Source: Camelus dromedarius (lineage: Eukaryota). From it: a stretch of DNA of 64,000 bases. Shown here piece by piece: positions 40,346-56,741 of the stretch. The notes beneath the pieces are model-generated. The model did not search any database and was not told the DNA's origin. It worked only from the letters and a program-made list of their open reading frames with translations. Made by a program: the position numbers and the translations under genes. Every line of letters starts with the position of its first letter. Within the stretch, counting starts at the first letter, position 1. Where the stretch lies: NCBI RefSeq assembly GCF_036321535.1, contig NC_087472.1, forward strand, positions 97,590,001 to 97,654,000, given 5' to 3'.

Positions 40346-41794
40346 TACATCTAAATGTTGAATTACAAATTATTTTTTGTTTCTCCTTATTTTCTAATTA
40401 TGACATAGTGTTGATTAATATTAATCAACAGTAAAAGTTCCTCAATAAAAGTGTACTATTCATTATTTTATGTTTTATTTCATTTTGGGAAAAATGACTT
40501 AGAGTTACTATTAATCTTTTCAGGAGTCCCAGAAGTGGTTAAATACATACATACATGTGTGTGTGTGTGTGTGTGTGTATACATATATATATCAATCACA
40601 GCTACTCCAAAAAGTATGTCACAAAATTTTTGGAAATATTTACGTTCTGAAAGACATATTACATTCGTGTTTATGTTGTTGATGCTGTTAACATTTAAGT
40701 TTTTAGAATGAATCTATCTATTGGCAAATCACTATGACTTCTTACTTAAAAAAAAAAAGAAAAATCTTTGAGGAAAAAGTATGTGTACTGTTGCTGTTGT
40801 TAAGTAATTTAAATCAATAGTCCTTACTTAACAACTCAACTTTCCCAAGGGCCTTGATTTTATGTGGTGTCTGAGAGATACAGCATGCACCATTACTCTT
40901 TAAACATCTACTTTAATTGTTCTTTTAATTTTGCAGACTTTACATAGACACCCAGATCTGTTGACAGAGCAAATGAACTACAAATCCTATCCTTTCTACT
41001 TTGTCAGTCTTAACTGCTTGGTAAATTGGGTTCAGGTTTGCAAGGGGTGATGTCATTGCCAAAGGTCTTTAACCGTGAACAGTAACATGGATAGAATGCA
41101 AATATTTTCAGTGCACAGTAACGAAGTTTGTCTCCTTTATTTCTGAAGTAATGTACTTGTTAACAATGCTCTGTTCTAAAGAAGATGTGACACATTGTAA
41201 ACTCTTCTGCCTATAACTGTCATTTAGAATTCTTCAGTGAAGGGACAGATGCCAGATTTTGGGTCATCAAGTTTGCTTGTAATTTTTCAATAGCCAACAG
41301 TTGGATTGTTAAATATAAAGTGGAATTTTAAATATTAGCAAAATCTATTTTAAGTCCTCCCCAAACCCATATATTTTAATAACTGAAGTACCAAAGCACA
41401 TTATTATCTGGAGGCATGGTTAAAGAATGCAATTCTGCAGTAAGGCTTCAGGATATATGAGAGTGAGGGTGTTTTAAGACATGAGTCGTTTACTTTAATG
41501 CTCAGGTACAGACTAGGAAAGCAGACTCTCAGGGAACTCTGAATTTAGAACTTACCAGGAAGTAAATATGTAAATTCCTGAGTTCACTCATGGGAAGAAA
41601 TTTCAAAAATGATTCAGGATACTACCATAAAAGAAAAATTAATGGAGGAAAATTGTGTCTGATCACTGAAGCATGGATATAGAATGAAACCATGCGTAGA
41701 TTAGGTACTCAAGAAAGAGACTCATGAATGTATAAAAATTCAAAGGAAATTCACAGAGGTTTAGGGATATAGTTTTCCTCAGAGTAATACCATC

Positions 41795-43712
<1,918 letters not shown>

Positions 43713-44257
43713 TTTTTAAATCGTAAAATTCAAATAATTAAATAATGTGTAGGCTATACAAATTCACAGATTGTCAAGAGCAATACAAACAATGGCAAAT
43801 GTGTTTGTGTATATAAACTAAAATACTTCTAAACCAATTAACAGGTTATAGGAGAGAAAATTTAGGAAACTATAAATGTAAGAATATGTGTATAAAAAAT
43901 ATAGCAGAGAACCTCAGGGACCATAACTACTACCATGGATTCCAATTATGCTTGAAATAGGTTTCATGGTAAATTAATCTCTTAACCTGCATTATTGTTA
44001 AATATTTCTGAGCAATACATTTCTGTGCAGTTTGGGGAAAAGGAATTTTCAGATGCATAGTTACTGACAATGTTGGATGTACTTTCCTCCATATCTTGTC
44101 TTCTTGCTTCTATTTTTAATGAAAGTTATTGTACACACTCCAAAATACGTTTGAAGCTTTCAAATTATTAGATATTTTATGACTTCTCATGATATGTGAG
44201 CAGTAGAATGCTCATTTGATGCTAGCTTGATAAAAGAATTGTCACTTTGTACTATGA

Positions 44258-44480
44258 TCTAGGTCACTAGCCAGCAAATCAGGGCCCACAGGCCTAATCT
44301 AGCTAGTGCGCATTTTTGTAATTAAACTTGTATTGGGATACAGCCATGCTAATTTGTTTATGTATTATCTTTGTCTGCTTTCATGCCACAAGGGCAGAGC
44401 TGAGTAATTGCAACAGAGACCACATAGCCCACAAAGCCTAAAATATTTACTATCTGGCCCTTTACTGAAATGAGTTTTTA
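44258..44480 (+). mobile_element. MER58A hAT-Charlie MITE
   Basis: cagcaaatcagggcccacaggcc...gggcagagctgagtaattgcaacagagaccacatagcccacaaagcctaaaatatttactatctggccctttac. Confidence 0.92.
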
Positions 44481-44499
44481 AAGAAGCTTCAGGATTAAG

Positions 44500-45130
44500 T
44501 AAGGGAAAGAAGGTTGAAGAGATCTTCTGGTGGAAAAAATGAAGGTGTCTGGGTATCATTTACCAAAAACAAACAAAAGATGGAAAAGTCTTTGGGGTCA
44601 AGCTCTAGAGACCTTTGAACCCAAGATTAAGAGACACGGATTCTCACTGTGCTGTACACCAACCAATTAACACAACTTTTAAACTGACTATACTTCAATA
44701 AAATTTGTTTTAAATAAATCAACAAAAATTTTAACAGAGACACGAATTCTATTATTAAAGCAATGAATGCACACTGAATGTTTCTGAGAGGCAAAGTAAC
44801 ATCATCAAATGTGGTTACAAAAGCAATAACTTCTGAAATATGGACAAAAAGTAAAAATATGCTGTTACTATTGTCTTGATGAGTTATTATGGAGCCAGCA
44901 GGAATTTTAAAGATATTTTTGAGATGGAATTGACAGAATATATTGGCTTATTGGTTGTGACGGTTAAGAAAGGTGATGCTAATTTTGACAGTTTTTGAGA
45001 TTGGCAGTCCCATTAATTGGAACTATGGGACTCTAAGATATGCTGTTGAGTTGAGATACTTGTGAGAATTCTACTTGGAAGTATCCATTAGTAAGTTGGA
45101 AGTAGAAATGTGGAGCTTAGCCAAATAATA
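44500..45130 (-). mobile_element. L2 fragment (antisense)
   Basis: gagatggaattgacagaatatattggc...gagttgagatacttgtgaga...gtaagttggaagtagaaatgtggagctt purine-rich antisense L2. Confidence 0.6.
44645..44735 (+). mobile_element. ~90-bp L1 extreme 3' end with 15-bp TSD
   Basis: ctgtgctgtacacc...aacacaactttaaactgactatacttcaataaaa plus A-rich tail; TSD agagacacggattct (44630-44644) / agagacacgaattct (44736-44750). Confidence 0.8.
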
Positions 45131-46059
45131 GCTCTCCTATTAGTGCTTTGATAACTGTGCTAGCCCTGCATTTTGCTGTAGATTGTTAAAAGTCACAGTG
45201 ATAAGTTGAGTGTTAATAACAAAATGAGCAATGTACTTTAAAAGTGCAGTACTGATTCAAATATGGCAACAGGTTGACCATTGGCAGAGTTATTGCTACT
45301 GGACTAAAAAAGTGAAAGGAAATGTTGCCTTACATGTAACTTTTCAGCTCCAGTACTAGTTTTTGTTTATTTTATTGTTCTGTTTTGAAGGAGGTAAAGT
45401 CTAAATTCTTCATGGATAACAAGTAAAGGCAACTTATACTTACATATGCTCCTTAGATAATATAAAAGCCATGTATGTGCTTGATTCCTGGTTTGTTCAC
45501 ATTTGCTGTCTTCCTTAGTAATGAATTGTAATTTTAAATTTTATCTAGTTGTTTGATTAAAGAGATAAAAAGCTTCTGTCCTCAGCTAATCAACTCTGTC
45601 TATAACTGATACTAAGAGTGTCTGTATTGTTTTTCTTATAAAGACAGTGGATTGTCCTTGGCTGGTAGCTCTGTAAGGACCCTATATTCTCGTGATTTTT
45701 AGCAGCTGATACAAATTCAGTGTCAAAAGTCCAAAGGATTTTAAGCTCCATATAATGTTATTGTTAAAGTTTTTAATTTGCATCAATTTAATTCTCTTGT
45801 CAGTTGTCACACCCTATTAGAGATATGCCTCATCATATGCTGAAGGAGCAAATTAAGTCTGAGGTACAAAATGATGTGGCTTCCTGGGAAAGGCTATCCA
45901 GGGGTCCAAATTCAGCCATTTTGAGCTCACTGATCATTAATTTTTATATCTCTTGGGAATCTAGAATAGCATCCTCTGGACATCAGAGATTTGTAAATGA
46001 TGTCAGGATTTTATAGTTCTCTTGAGGAAGCATAAATGACACTGTTTTTAATGGTGAAA

Positions 46060-46752
46060 TGTTTCTTTATCTTCTTCTTGCTATCGTCCTCATGGTACAA
46101 GTTTCCAGTACATTCATTTGCATTAGCCTTTCCACCCTTACACAATAATCCTTTAAAACCTAAATCAGATCGTGGCCCTCTTTAAATTCAGCGGCTCTCA
46201 CTTATGTCAGAGTAAGAGTACTGAAAAGGACCGACAAGGCCCTACGTGAACTAGCTGTTTGTTTCCTTTCTGACTCCATTTTCTATTTCTCTCACCTTCT
46301 TTCATTCTGACATACTTACACTGACTCAGTATCCCTTGAAAATGCCAGGCACACCTCTGCCTCTGAACCTTTGTACATGTTTCATGCAACTACCTAGAAT
46401 GTTTCACTCCCAACTATTCATATGATTTACACACACTGCTTCCGTTTCTTCTTTACTTTACTCAGATATCATCTTCCTGCTGACAGTTTTCCTGAGCACA
46501 TATAAAAAATTGCACCTCCCTCTCCTCAACACTTCCTGTCTCTTTCTTTTTCTTGTAAGTCCTTATTGACTGTCTAATAGACTATATATTTTACCTGTGT
46601 GTCTTTATATTATCTGCCTCTCCCCAGCTAGAATGCAAGCTCCATGAAGACAGAGATTTTTGTCTATTTTGTTAACTTCTAAATCCATATGCCAAAATAG
46701 TGCCTGATATGAAGTGAGATCTCAGTAAACATTTGCCAAATGAATAAATTAA
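46060..46752 (+). mobile_element. L2a-like 3' region
   Basis: aatcctttaaaacctaaatcagatcgtg...caaggccctacgtgaact...gctagaatgcaagctccatgaagacagagattttgtc...cagtaaacatttgccaaatgaataaa. Confidence 0.9.
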
Positions 46753-48119
46753 TTTGAATCTGCTGTGTCTGTTTTAGTTTATACAACTCTTACTTCCCTC
46801 TGTCCTTTCTCCCCCCCTTATTCCTTCCTTTCTTCCCAAGTGGGGCTATAGAACAATAGGGCCTGTCTTTTGCCAGGGTTATAAGTTTCCCAGAAACTCT
46901 CAGAGATAAACCAAAAGGAAAGACAACAGTGTTGACTATACTAGAGGAAATATGTGAGTACCTGTCCTGGCCTTGTAGGTGTCTGGTTTGTAGAAAGATG
47001 GATGCTATGGATTTTCTTAAACTAAGGCATTGTCATTCTTGGGGTGGGGAGGGTGCATAAGAGGCCAAGCCACTACTTGTATGCAAAGGGCATGAGCTAT
47101 TCACGTCTTCACCATTTTATCCCCAATGCCTTGCATGAAGCCTGAAACTTACCAGGTAGTACTCAAAAACATGGTAAAAGAAAGAAGGCTAAGACCACTC
47201 ATTCTTTCTGTTCCCACAGACCTACCCGTCACCTGGGCAAGGGGTCTTCCTCACCTGAAACAAGCAGAATGGGGGTGGTTGGTGCCCATGTTCCAAGTCC
47301 ATCCTTGATACTTAACTTCGACTATGCAAGTTGTCAAGGAGTGCAGCTTCCTGGGAGAATACAGAATGGCAGCTCTCTGTGGAGACCTACCAGGGGGCCA
47401 AAGGTAAGGAAGTAAAATAAGCTGTCTTTGAAGTTTTAACAGTTCTTTGAATGCCAAGTATGGTGACCTCAGACACTGTGTGGAATTTAACAAGGTCTAT
47501 CACCATGGGAGCTAATTAGATATGGTAGGCCATGTAACTTTTATTTCATAAACCAGAAACTTTTAATGGGCCTTTTTATTTCCTTTGAGTGTTCCCTCCT
47601 TCCCTTCGACTACAGGTTGTTGCCCAAGTATCTCTGGCCATCGCTAATTATCTGTTTGCCTCAGGCAAGACAGGATCTGACTGTCAGTCCAAGAGCAGCC
47701 TTGGGCAAAATAATTCACAATTCACAACTATACTTACCAAAAATTGTTCTATCAGTGCATCTCTGCAACAACACTTTCCATCATCACAGTTGTCTTGGTG
47801 CTTTTAAGAGTTTTCATTGTTTGCGGCTGTTTGATCCCATCCATCCCTCTGGATTTTGAGCTCTTAGACTCTGTGAGTCCCATGGGTCTGCATCTATTCT
47901 TAGCTAGCCCAGGGAATCAATACTCCAATATTTTCCAAGATTATGGAATTAAAAATGTATTAGTCTGAATTAGGGAACATCTCATCTGCCCTAAACTTTT
48001 AGAAACTTATTGAATGACTGCATAAATATTTTATCCTTATTTGTTCCAAAAAGAAGCTTAGGCACCTGACAAAGTGAATGCAGTATGACAACATAATATA
48101 TTGAAAATAAGTGATGGAG

Positions 48120-49630
48120 ATTTGAGATGGTAGACTAAGGAATGCATATTTACCTCACATTCCTCTGGACTTCTTTCTAAAGTAGTAGAATAAAGTTACC
48201 CCAAAAGGAATAAACCTTAAGAGTGAAGAAAATGGGAGAGGAGAAAAAGAGATTTCAAAAAATGTCTTCATGAATGTAAGCCAAGGGGAAAGAGTTAAAA
48301 GGGTACTTTAAAGGTTCTCTAAGAGGGGATATGGGTGATCAGAAGAGTATTAAAAATTCCTGAGCAACACTGCCTGCATAGTAAGATGATGATGGAGCAG
48401 TTCCTTCAAAATTATAGCCCAGGTTCCTATATTGAGAAAAAACATAAGTAAATGTGAGGAAAGAATAAAAACATGCAAGGATTCATAAGTTTTATTTCCC
48501 ACACACCTTTCCTAACAAGTATCTTGAGCATGTACTCTGCCAAAAAAAAAAAAAAGTTGTTTAAGGGTAAATCAGGAAGGAGGAATATATGGGAACTAGG
48601 AAACTGTGGATTCAACTCAAGAGAGAGTTGAAGTGACATCTCAACATGACAGCAGTTTGGCAGGCCTGGAGAACACCTGATCCAGTTTGGATCTAGTAGA
48701 CAGACTCTAGGAGGAAAGTTTCCAGGTTGTAGGATGAGGGATTGGAGAAATTGATAGAATAGAGTGTATGATTGAACACTTGGAAAAAAAGAAGGGGCTG
48801 ATAAAGTTAAATCATGCTTTAATAAGAACTAAGGAAAGGCCATTTGAAACTCTAGGGGGGAAAAAAACAGAAAGCTATATAAAAAGTCATGATCTAACTC
48901 TGAAACAAACTAAATCATACGATGATGTTCAGAAGTTAAAAAACTATAAGAAGACAATACCTATGTGCACTTGATGTCAGAACCATTCCCCTTCATGTGG
49001 CTTAAGGATCATAGCACTGAGCTCAGGGTGAAGGAAATGCAATTTCAAAATAGAACTTGGCCCACAGTGAAGGTGTTTACATTGTCCTAAAAATGAAAAT
49101 GCTATTTTTTGATTCTGAGGTTTTGCAATCATCCTATTAAAAAGTATTTGAAATTGTGACATTAGCTGCAAATAATTTAAATGTGAACAACTTGGTGATA
49201 TAAAAGTAAGTATGTAATTCAAATTAGCTAGGACATAAGTGGAGGGTTGTGGGATACATGGAAGAAAGGGTCAGCGTGCTAATGTCCGTAAAGTAAGGGA
49301 AAGGTCGAGAGATGTTGATGGAAGTTAATAGAACAGGGGGTCAAACATTTTGTTTAATGTCACAAGTGTAATTAATTAGAAATTTAAGCTCAATAACATG
49401 TATATAAACATCTGCAGGAAGAAAGAGAAAAGAAAGTTAGCCAACTAAATACATATCCTTCATAGCTAAGAAAATGTATATAGGAGATATGGAGATTATC
49501 ATCATAAATTCTACAAACAGAAACACTTAAAATAAGTTGCTTTGTGGAAGTGGTACTGAGTTAGAGAGGTAAGGAGTGAAAAACTATTGCAATTGTACCT
49601 TTTCTGTTTCTTTTGATGTTTTACCATGCC
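48120..49630 (+). mobile_element. HAL1 (half-L1)-like element
   Basis: aggaaactgtggattcaactcaagagagag...atgacagcagtttggcaggcctggagaacacctgatccagtttgga resembles the HAL1 body; 5' gatggtagactaagg. Confidence 0.6.
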
Positions 49631-49659
49631 TAACTATCATTTTTATTCAAAGAACAAAT

Positions 49660-52600
49660 TCAGTGCTGTAGCATTACAGCAGACTAAGTGCTCTGAAGGA
49701 TTATAGAGTATTCAAATATAGGGTAGAACATACACTACTGGGCTTAAAGAAGGTAGGAGAGTACTCCAATAAGACCTCTTACCCAAAAAGAGATTTGAAG
49801 TGTGAGCTGGGAGTATGAAACGGAGGAAAGCTGGAAAAGGGCGAGCTCCTGAGTATGCATGATTATGGTTGCGCTTTCTGTGTGGGTACTATGTGCTTTG
49901 GTCCAGAAGGAAGGTAGGGAAACTAACGGTGGAACTCTGTACTAAACTGAATTTTAAAGAGAAGTAAAAGCAGATCCTTCTTGATAGTGGTCATCGGTCA
50001 TCAGCAGCAACAAAAGCATATCCTCTTTGGGGAAAATATTCTTAATTTAGGCAGCACTTTCACACAGTAGTATCAAGCGATGACCTCACAATCAAATAGC
50101 ACCAACGAATAAAGAAGAAAACTGCAGTTAATAAAGATGAGGAGAAACAACCACCGTACATTTAGTCCCAAAATTACTCCTATGCAGATAGGACACATAA
50201 TATAGAACTGTTATGTTTGAAATGATTTTTTTAAAGGAAACATTTGCAAACAACAAGAGGCCATTGGGAGTAGACTGGAAATTTTTGTAAATGAAATTAA
50301 AACTTGTAGAAATAAAAAATATAACTAATAGAATAAAAATGTGATGATATATTCGTAAAGTAGAATGCCATTAAGCTATGAAAATGCATGAACTACAGGT
50401 ACATCAACAATTTGCCTTTCTTGATTCTATTTATTTCTTCTGAAATCCTGACCAGGATGTGAGTTTCCCAGGAGTGATGGAAAATGTGAATCCTCAGATA
50501 CAGAAAACGCAATGAATCTCAAGCACAATAAATAAAACAGACTCATGCCAAGGCACATTGTAGAGAATGTGCAGAATATCAAAGGTAAAAATATATTTAA
50601 AAAATATCCTCCCAGAAGTAGGAAATCCTTACTGCCCACAAAGGAAAGACGATTAGATTCATAGCAGACTACCAAATAGCAAGATCAACCAGAAAGAGTG
50701 CTTAGAGAAAATAAATCACAACCTAGAATTGTGTACGCAGAGAACAATCTGTACAATGAAATGAAGATATTTGAAGATCAACATAAACTATGATACTTTT
50801 ACCACTAATGACTTTTGCTAAGGGAATTTCTAAAGGATGCTCTTTAGGCAGAGGTAATATTATCACAGAAGCACAATCTGAGCAAATAAGAAGATAAAAA
50901 AAAATAAACCCAAGAATAATCTATATAATAGTAACAATAATAACAGAATTACAATATTAGAAAAAAACCCAGCATTTAATTTTGGAAGGTTGTATTCAGA
51001 GTTAATGTATTCCAAGGTCTTTATATTTCTTGTTCAAGGTTAAGATATTGTTTAACTTAGTCATTATTTAGATAAACATGCATGATAAAATTTCAAGGGT
51101 GAACATAAAAGAATAGAAATATAATTAGCAAAACAGTAAAGACAGAAAGTGCAATGGGAAAAAAAAAATCCTCAACCCAGAGTTGAAAGAGAAGAATAAA
51201 AAGAATCTTCAAAAGCATGATAAATAGAAATTTTAAAGTAAAATAATATATATATCTTAATATATATATTAAATTAAAATAAATTAACTTAAATAAGTTA
51301 ACTTAGCAGTCTTAATAAATTAACTTACCAGTCTCTGAAAAACAGAGATTGTCATATTGGGTAAAAATGGGAAAAAAAATCAATTGTCTCTATGGTCTTT
51401 ATAATAGGCACACCAAAAACATGTGATACAGAAGATAGAAAACTAAAGTATGAGAGAAAAATAGACTAGGTAGATCCTGACTGAAAGGAAAAGAATTCTG
51501 GGGTCATTGTATTCATATCTGACCCAAAAAACTTTAAGACCTAAATCCTATTAGAAATAAAGAAGGTCACTACATAAAGTTGAAAAAAATTTAATTCATC
51601 AGGAAAGTAATATAATTCTAAACTTGCATGAACCTTATATATATATGTCAAAATTGGTAAGGCAAAAAGTTGACAGAATTACCCGGGGAAATTGATATAT
51701 TCACCATTAAATACTTAGTAGAAAATTTTAACACACCTTTCTCAATAAAGTCAAAAATTTTAAACATCAAATATAATGAAAGGAAAAGGAAACTGGAAGC
51801 AACCCAAATATGCATTTAATAGTAAAACTGAGAAAAAAGTGTGGTAAGATCATGAAATAGAACACTGTACAGCTATGACAGCTATGAAAATAAATGAGCT
51901 ATAGCTATACCAACAGTATGCATAAATCTCACAAACATAGTGATGAACAAAAGAAAACAAACATAAAATACTATATACGGTATGATTCCATTATGTAAAG
52001 TACAAAGATTGTAGTTCAAGAAGTCAGCTTTCAAATTTAATAATGAGCTCTGTCAGTCTAGGGTGAGCTTTCCATTCCAGATATCAAGACTTATTTAAAT
52101 CTCTTATAATTAAGACAATGTGGTAGTGGATTGAATTAAAACGAATTGACCAGTAAATTAGAATAGAAAACCAAGAAATGTGCATGAATATATAGAACTT
52201 TGTATGACAGATGTGATCTTGCTGGGGAATAGAAGAAGACTCTTACGTAAACAGTACTAGGAACAACTGATTATCCATATAGAAAATTTAAAGCAATTGG
52301 ATAGATCCTTAAATTGCAAAATTCACAAAAATCAATTCCAGAAGTTTTACAGACTCAAATGTGCCATGCAAAACTAAAACTTCTAGAAGAAAATATAGGA
52401 GAATCTTTCTGACCTCTTTCAAGGAGATTTTTTTTTTTTTAAGACACAAAAAGTCCTGAGCATAAAACCAGGTGTTTGTAAATTTAACCGCTTTGTAGTT
52501 ATTCATCAAAACATACTGGAAAGAAAGGGAAATGAAGTCACTAACTGAGTGAAGCTATTTGTAAAGCATGTAACTAACAAAGGATTAGTGTCCAGAATAT

Positions 52601-53480
52601 GTGAAAAATACAAATGAGTAAGAAAAAGATAACTAAATAGAAAATTGGGATAAATATAGAAAACAGGCACTTCACCAAAAAATGAATTATCTATAACCAA
52701 TAAACAGGTGAAAAGATTCATAAATCTTTTACTAATGTAAATGCAAATTAAAAGTGAAGTAACATAGCACTACATACCCACCAGAATGGCAAAATATTAA
52801 GCAGCTTGACAGAGGATGTATATCAACAGGAACACTGTTATGCTCAACTAGTGGGAGTGTAAATTAGAGCAACTTTGGAAAATAAATTTTCTCTCTCAAA
52901 GCAGGACATTCACATACCATATGACCAAATACTTTCATATCTAGGAATGTGATTTAGAAAAACTTGCACATTTTCACCAGGAGACCTGTATAGGAATTTT
53001 CATAGGCATACTGTTTGTAGCGGTCCCAAACCAGAAACAATCCAAATGCGTAGAGATCAGAGGATGAAAGAATATACATATAGATAAAAACACACTGTAT
53101 ACAATATCAAATACATATACATTCATTTCTTCACATGATGGAATATTATTCAGTAATGAAAAAGAATGGGTACAGCTACATGCAGATACAGAAATTAATC
53201 TTAGAAACATAATATTGGTTAAACAAAAACATCAAGTCCCAAGAGAAACATACAGTATGATAGAAAAAAAAACTTTAAAACAAGAAAAATTAAGAAATGT
53301 GTTGTTGTTTGGGCATATATAAATATGTGATAAAACTATTACAGAAAAAACAAAGGAATGATAAAATTCAGAATAGTATTCATAGGGAGGTGGAGCTGGG
53401 GGAAAAGCACATACGTAGATGCAGTGTATGTGTATGGGTAATGATCTGTTTCTTAAATGTTAGATATATTATGATTTGCA
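49660..53480 (+). mobile_element. Fragmented old L1 (L1ME-like): ORF1, endonuclease region, ORF2 3' end and UTR
   Basis: ORF1 remnants PRHIV and KGKTIRFIAD at ~50548-50670; endonuclease-region phrases ~51330-51750; ORF2 C-terminal phrases (cactacatacccaccagaatggc, aaaccagaaacaatccaaatg) ~52770-53050. Confidence 0.8.
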
Positions 53481-54189
53481 TATATTCTCTTATATTAACA
53501 TTGCAAAGAGAATATGGGAAAATAGAATTCCAACAAATAATAGCAGAAAACAAAGCAACAGGAAAATAGAGTTGGAATATAAAATAGAGTGAGTTAGAAT
53601 CTCAAATATAAGAAATCCTATAACATTGCTTGGAAAAGGCCATAAATTTGGATGTAAACTTCTTAGCAATTGAGGTGAAGAGGGAGTAATTGATGACATG
53701 GGTCATGAGATTCATGAAACCAGATTTTGAAAGAGAAAGAACTATTCCTGGTATTGCACATCTATTCTTGACATTGGAACTAAAGATTTACTTTACTCCA
53801 GAAACTAAACTATATAAGACTATAACAAATACATTCCTGAGATCCCAACTCCCAGCATGTATTTCCCTAATTTCTCTGCACAGTCGCAGAATCAGGCTTT
53901 AGGTCATCTCAGACTGCAGTGCCTCAGAAGGAAGAATGCAGTGGAGCTTTTAGGAAAGCTGATCCTGCTTCTGGCTGAACCCTCAGGTTCCTCTATTCCT
54001 CTCAGTTAATATTCTGGAAATCCATGTGCACCTTTCAGATGACTTAGCTAGGTACACGGTAATTGAACTGGCAGGCAACTACCTTGGGAACATTCTTTTT
54101 TGAACTCCAACTAATAAATTCATAAGGCATGATAGTATTAGAAATCAGAATTGTGCAATTCCTAATAAAATGCAAGATCCAGGTAGCAA

Positions 54190-55040
54190 TTATCTATGGC
54201 TGCTAAAATTGTTAAGTGAAACATAGATGAGGAAATTTAAAATTAATGGATGGACTGAAAACACCTGAACCCCCTGATCCACCCTACCATCACTAAAAGG
54301 GGGGCAGCCAGTCTTTATGTGTCTCCTGAAGCGATGCAATGGGAAGTAATACAGCACTCTTGAAATATCCTTGGCCAAAAAGAAAGTGAAGGGAGGGGAC
54401 TAAATTTAATCATGCCTCTACATCTAATTTCCAGTTTGCAGAAAATACAAAAGATGGAGGAACATGTTAAATGATACCAGGATGATAAAATCCAGAACAT
54501 AGTTAAATCTACAGGGGGAAATGGCCTGCATTCTTTAACAAATTAGTTTCATGAAATATATTTTTAAAAAGGAGTGAAGGAACTGTTATAAAATAAAAGA
54601 GGCTTAAGAGATATAAAACCCAAATACAATGTGTGGGCCATGTTGAGATCCTCATTTGAGTAAATCAGCTGTAAAAAGACAGTTTGGAGCCAATTATGGG
54701 ATTTGAATGTGGATCAAGTATTAGATGACATTTAGAAATTATTGTTAATTTTAGTAGGGTTATAATTATATCGATGATATGTTTTAAAAAATTCTTACTA
54801 AAATGAATCGAATTTCCTGTATGTAAATTATATCTTCATAATTTTTTTAAAAAGCTAATTTTGGAAGAGTTGTCTGTTAGAGAAATATACATCTCATGTT
54901 TTCAGCTTGCGCCACAATATTCAAGTAGAAAAGAAACTAGGGTACAGATAGACAGAATTGGCACAGTGTATCTAAATATTGAAGCTGGATCATGGGTACT
55001 TTTGTGTATATTTCTAAATTGTCATGATAAAAATAGTAGA
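54190..55040 (+). mobile_element. L1ME-like 3' UTR
   Basis: ccatcactaaaagggggcagccag...tgtgtctcctgaagcgatgcaatggga...aaaagaggcttaagagatataaaacccaaatacaatgtgtggg. Confidence 0.75.
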
Positions 55041-56399
55041 AAAATAAGTACAAGAAAGCACATCGTATTAGTCGAATGCCAACCCAGCACTTCTAAACCT
55101 AATGCTCTTTATAGTAACTATCTTTAAGAACTTGAACTAACAGCAGGCAGACTTGTTAAATGTATAATACATCCGGACTTCCGGGACCTTACAAACGGCT
55201 TGGGAAGATAAGGATCATCCTCAGATAACTCTAGTGCAAGGTACCGTGCCAGGTACCCGGAGATTTAGATCTGTTTCATATGGAAGTCCTCTGGTTATCA
55301 GCACATGCGTAGGGATGCTTGGACTCTGGGACATGAAAGACTGTAGGTGGCAAGGGCGTCTCCCCTCCTGCTGAAGTGCTGGGCAGTTTGGGTGAATAGA
55401 AAAATAGGCCCATGCTTTAATATCTAAAAGGAATCTACCAAATAATTGCCCTAAGTCTGCATTAGACCCAATGTAGTCCCCACGTCTGTTGTGCTGTAGA
55501 TTTGTGAGAAGCATTTGCTTAGCCTTTCTGTGCTAAGAGCAGACCTGCATGTGTTAGTCCCTCCTCCAGGGGAAGAGTCAGCAGAACTTCTACAACGTAG
55601 GGGAGAGCTTGTTTTATCAACAACCTGAAGGACTAAGTATGGATAGGGGTGACAGTACTCCAGTGTATGTCTTAGAACTGATGGTTTGGGTTTGGGTGCC
55701 GGTGAAATTGGTGGCAATGAGATGTGTATGTGTTGGTGTGTTTTCTGCTATGTGAAAAAAAAAAAAAAGTAGACAAGATATTTTGTCATCTCTTGGAGAT
55801 ACTAGGAGCAGTAGTGGTGCTGATAGCAAGAATACAGCAGTGGCACTGGAAAGGGGACGGGAAAAAACAAGGAGCTTGAGTGTTAGCTGGACATAGGCGG
55901 AGGGGATGAGAGGAAGCTGGGCTACTTGAATTGATTGTAGTAGACACCTGTCCTAACAGAACCAAATTAGACAATTGATGTCACTGAGGAAATAGCAAAA
56001 ATAGGAAAATAAATGACTACACTGAGAAAAAAAATTAACCAAACCCTGACTAGGGACTGGGGATAGATGAGCATAGAGACACTCAAAGTGAGTCGCTCTT
56101 CTTGGTGATATATAGAAACCAGTGGGTAGAGAGCAGAAAGAGATTGAAAGAGCTTGATTCTTTGCCCATGAAAGACTTTTAGATGAGACTATGGGAGCTA
56201 ACCTCTGAGAAGCAGCTATCTTCCTGGAACAGGGATGTATTTAGATATTAAACTAACAGAAAGAAAGGAGGAACACTCTTTCCACTGTCATATCTCCAAG
56301 ATTTCATTTTATTGCAATGATATGTTTTACTTTTTAAGTATAAAAATGGCTTATGAAGTATAGCTTGAGCATCAGCGAAGTTTAAAGCTACCAGAAATC

Positions 56400-56741
56400 A
56401 CATCTTTGGGGGGAAATAACAGAAAGGATTCATGGATCACAAAGAATTAGGATTGAATCTCGAAGCATAGTGTGGTGATGTGATAGCTGGAACCAAGAGA
56501 ATGGATAGTTTCTCTGAAATAGAGAGCGTATGAAGAGAAGGCTGGAGATAGAGGGCTGAAAGGGCTGTATTTTGATGAATGTCCATTGAGGACAAGAAGG
56601 CGAGCAGGAAAAGAAGAGTGAGAAGGAAGGAGTAAAATGGGTAAGCATCATGTAGTATCATAGAAGCCAAAAATGAAAGAGATCTGTGGATGGTTGGTAA
56701 ATGATGCCTTAGGCCAAAAAAGGTCAAGAGCAGTGAGGAGG
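56400..56741 (-). mobile_element. L2 fragment (antisense), target of the young L1
   Basis: gagaagaggctggagatagaggg...tagtatcatagaagccaaaa...aaatgatgcc...aggtcaag antisense L2. Confidence 0.7.
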
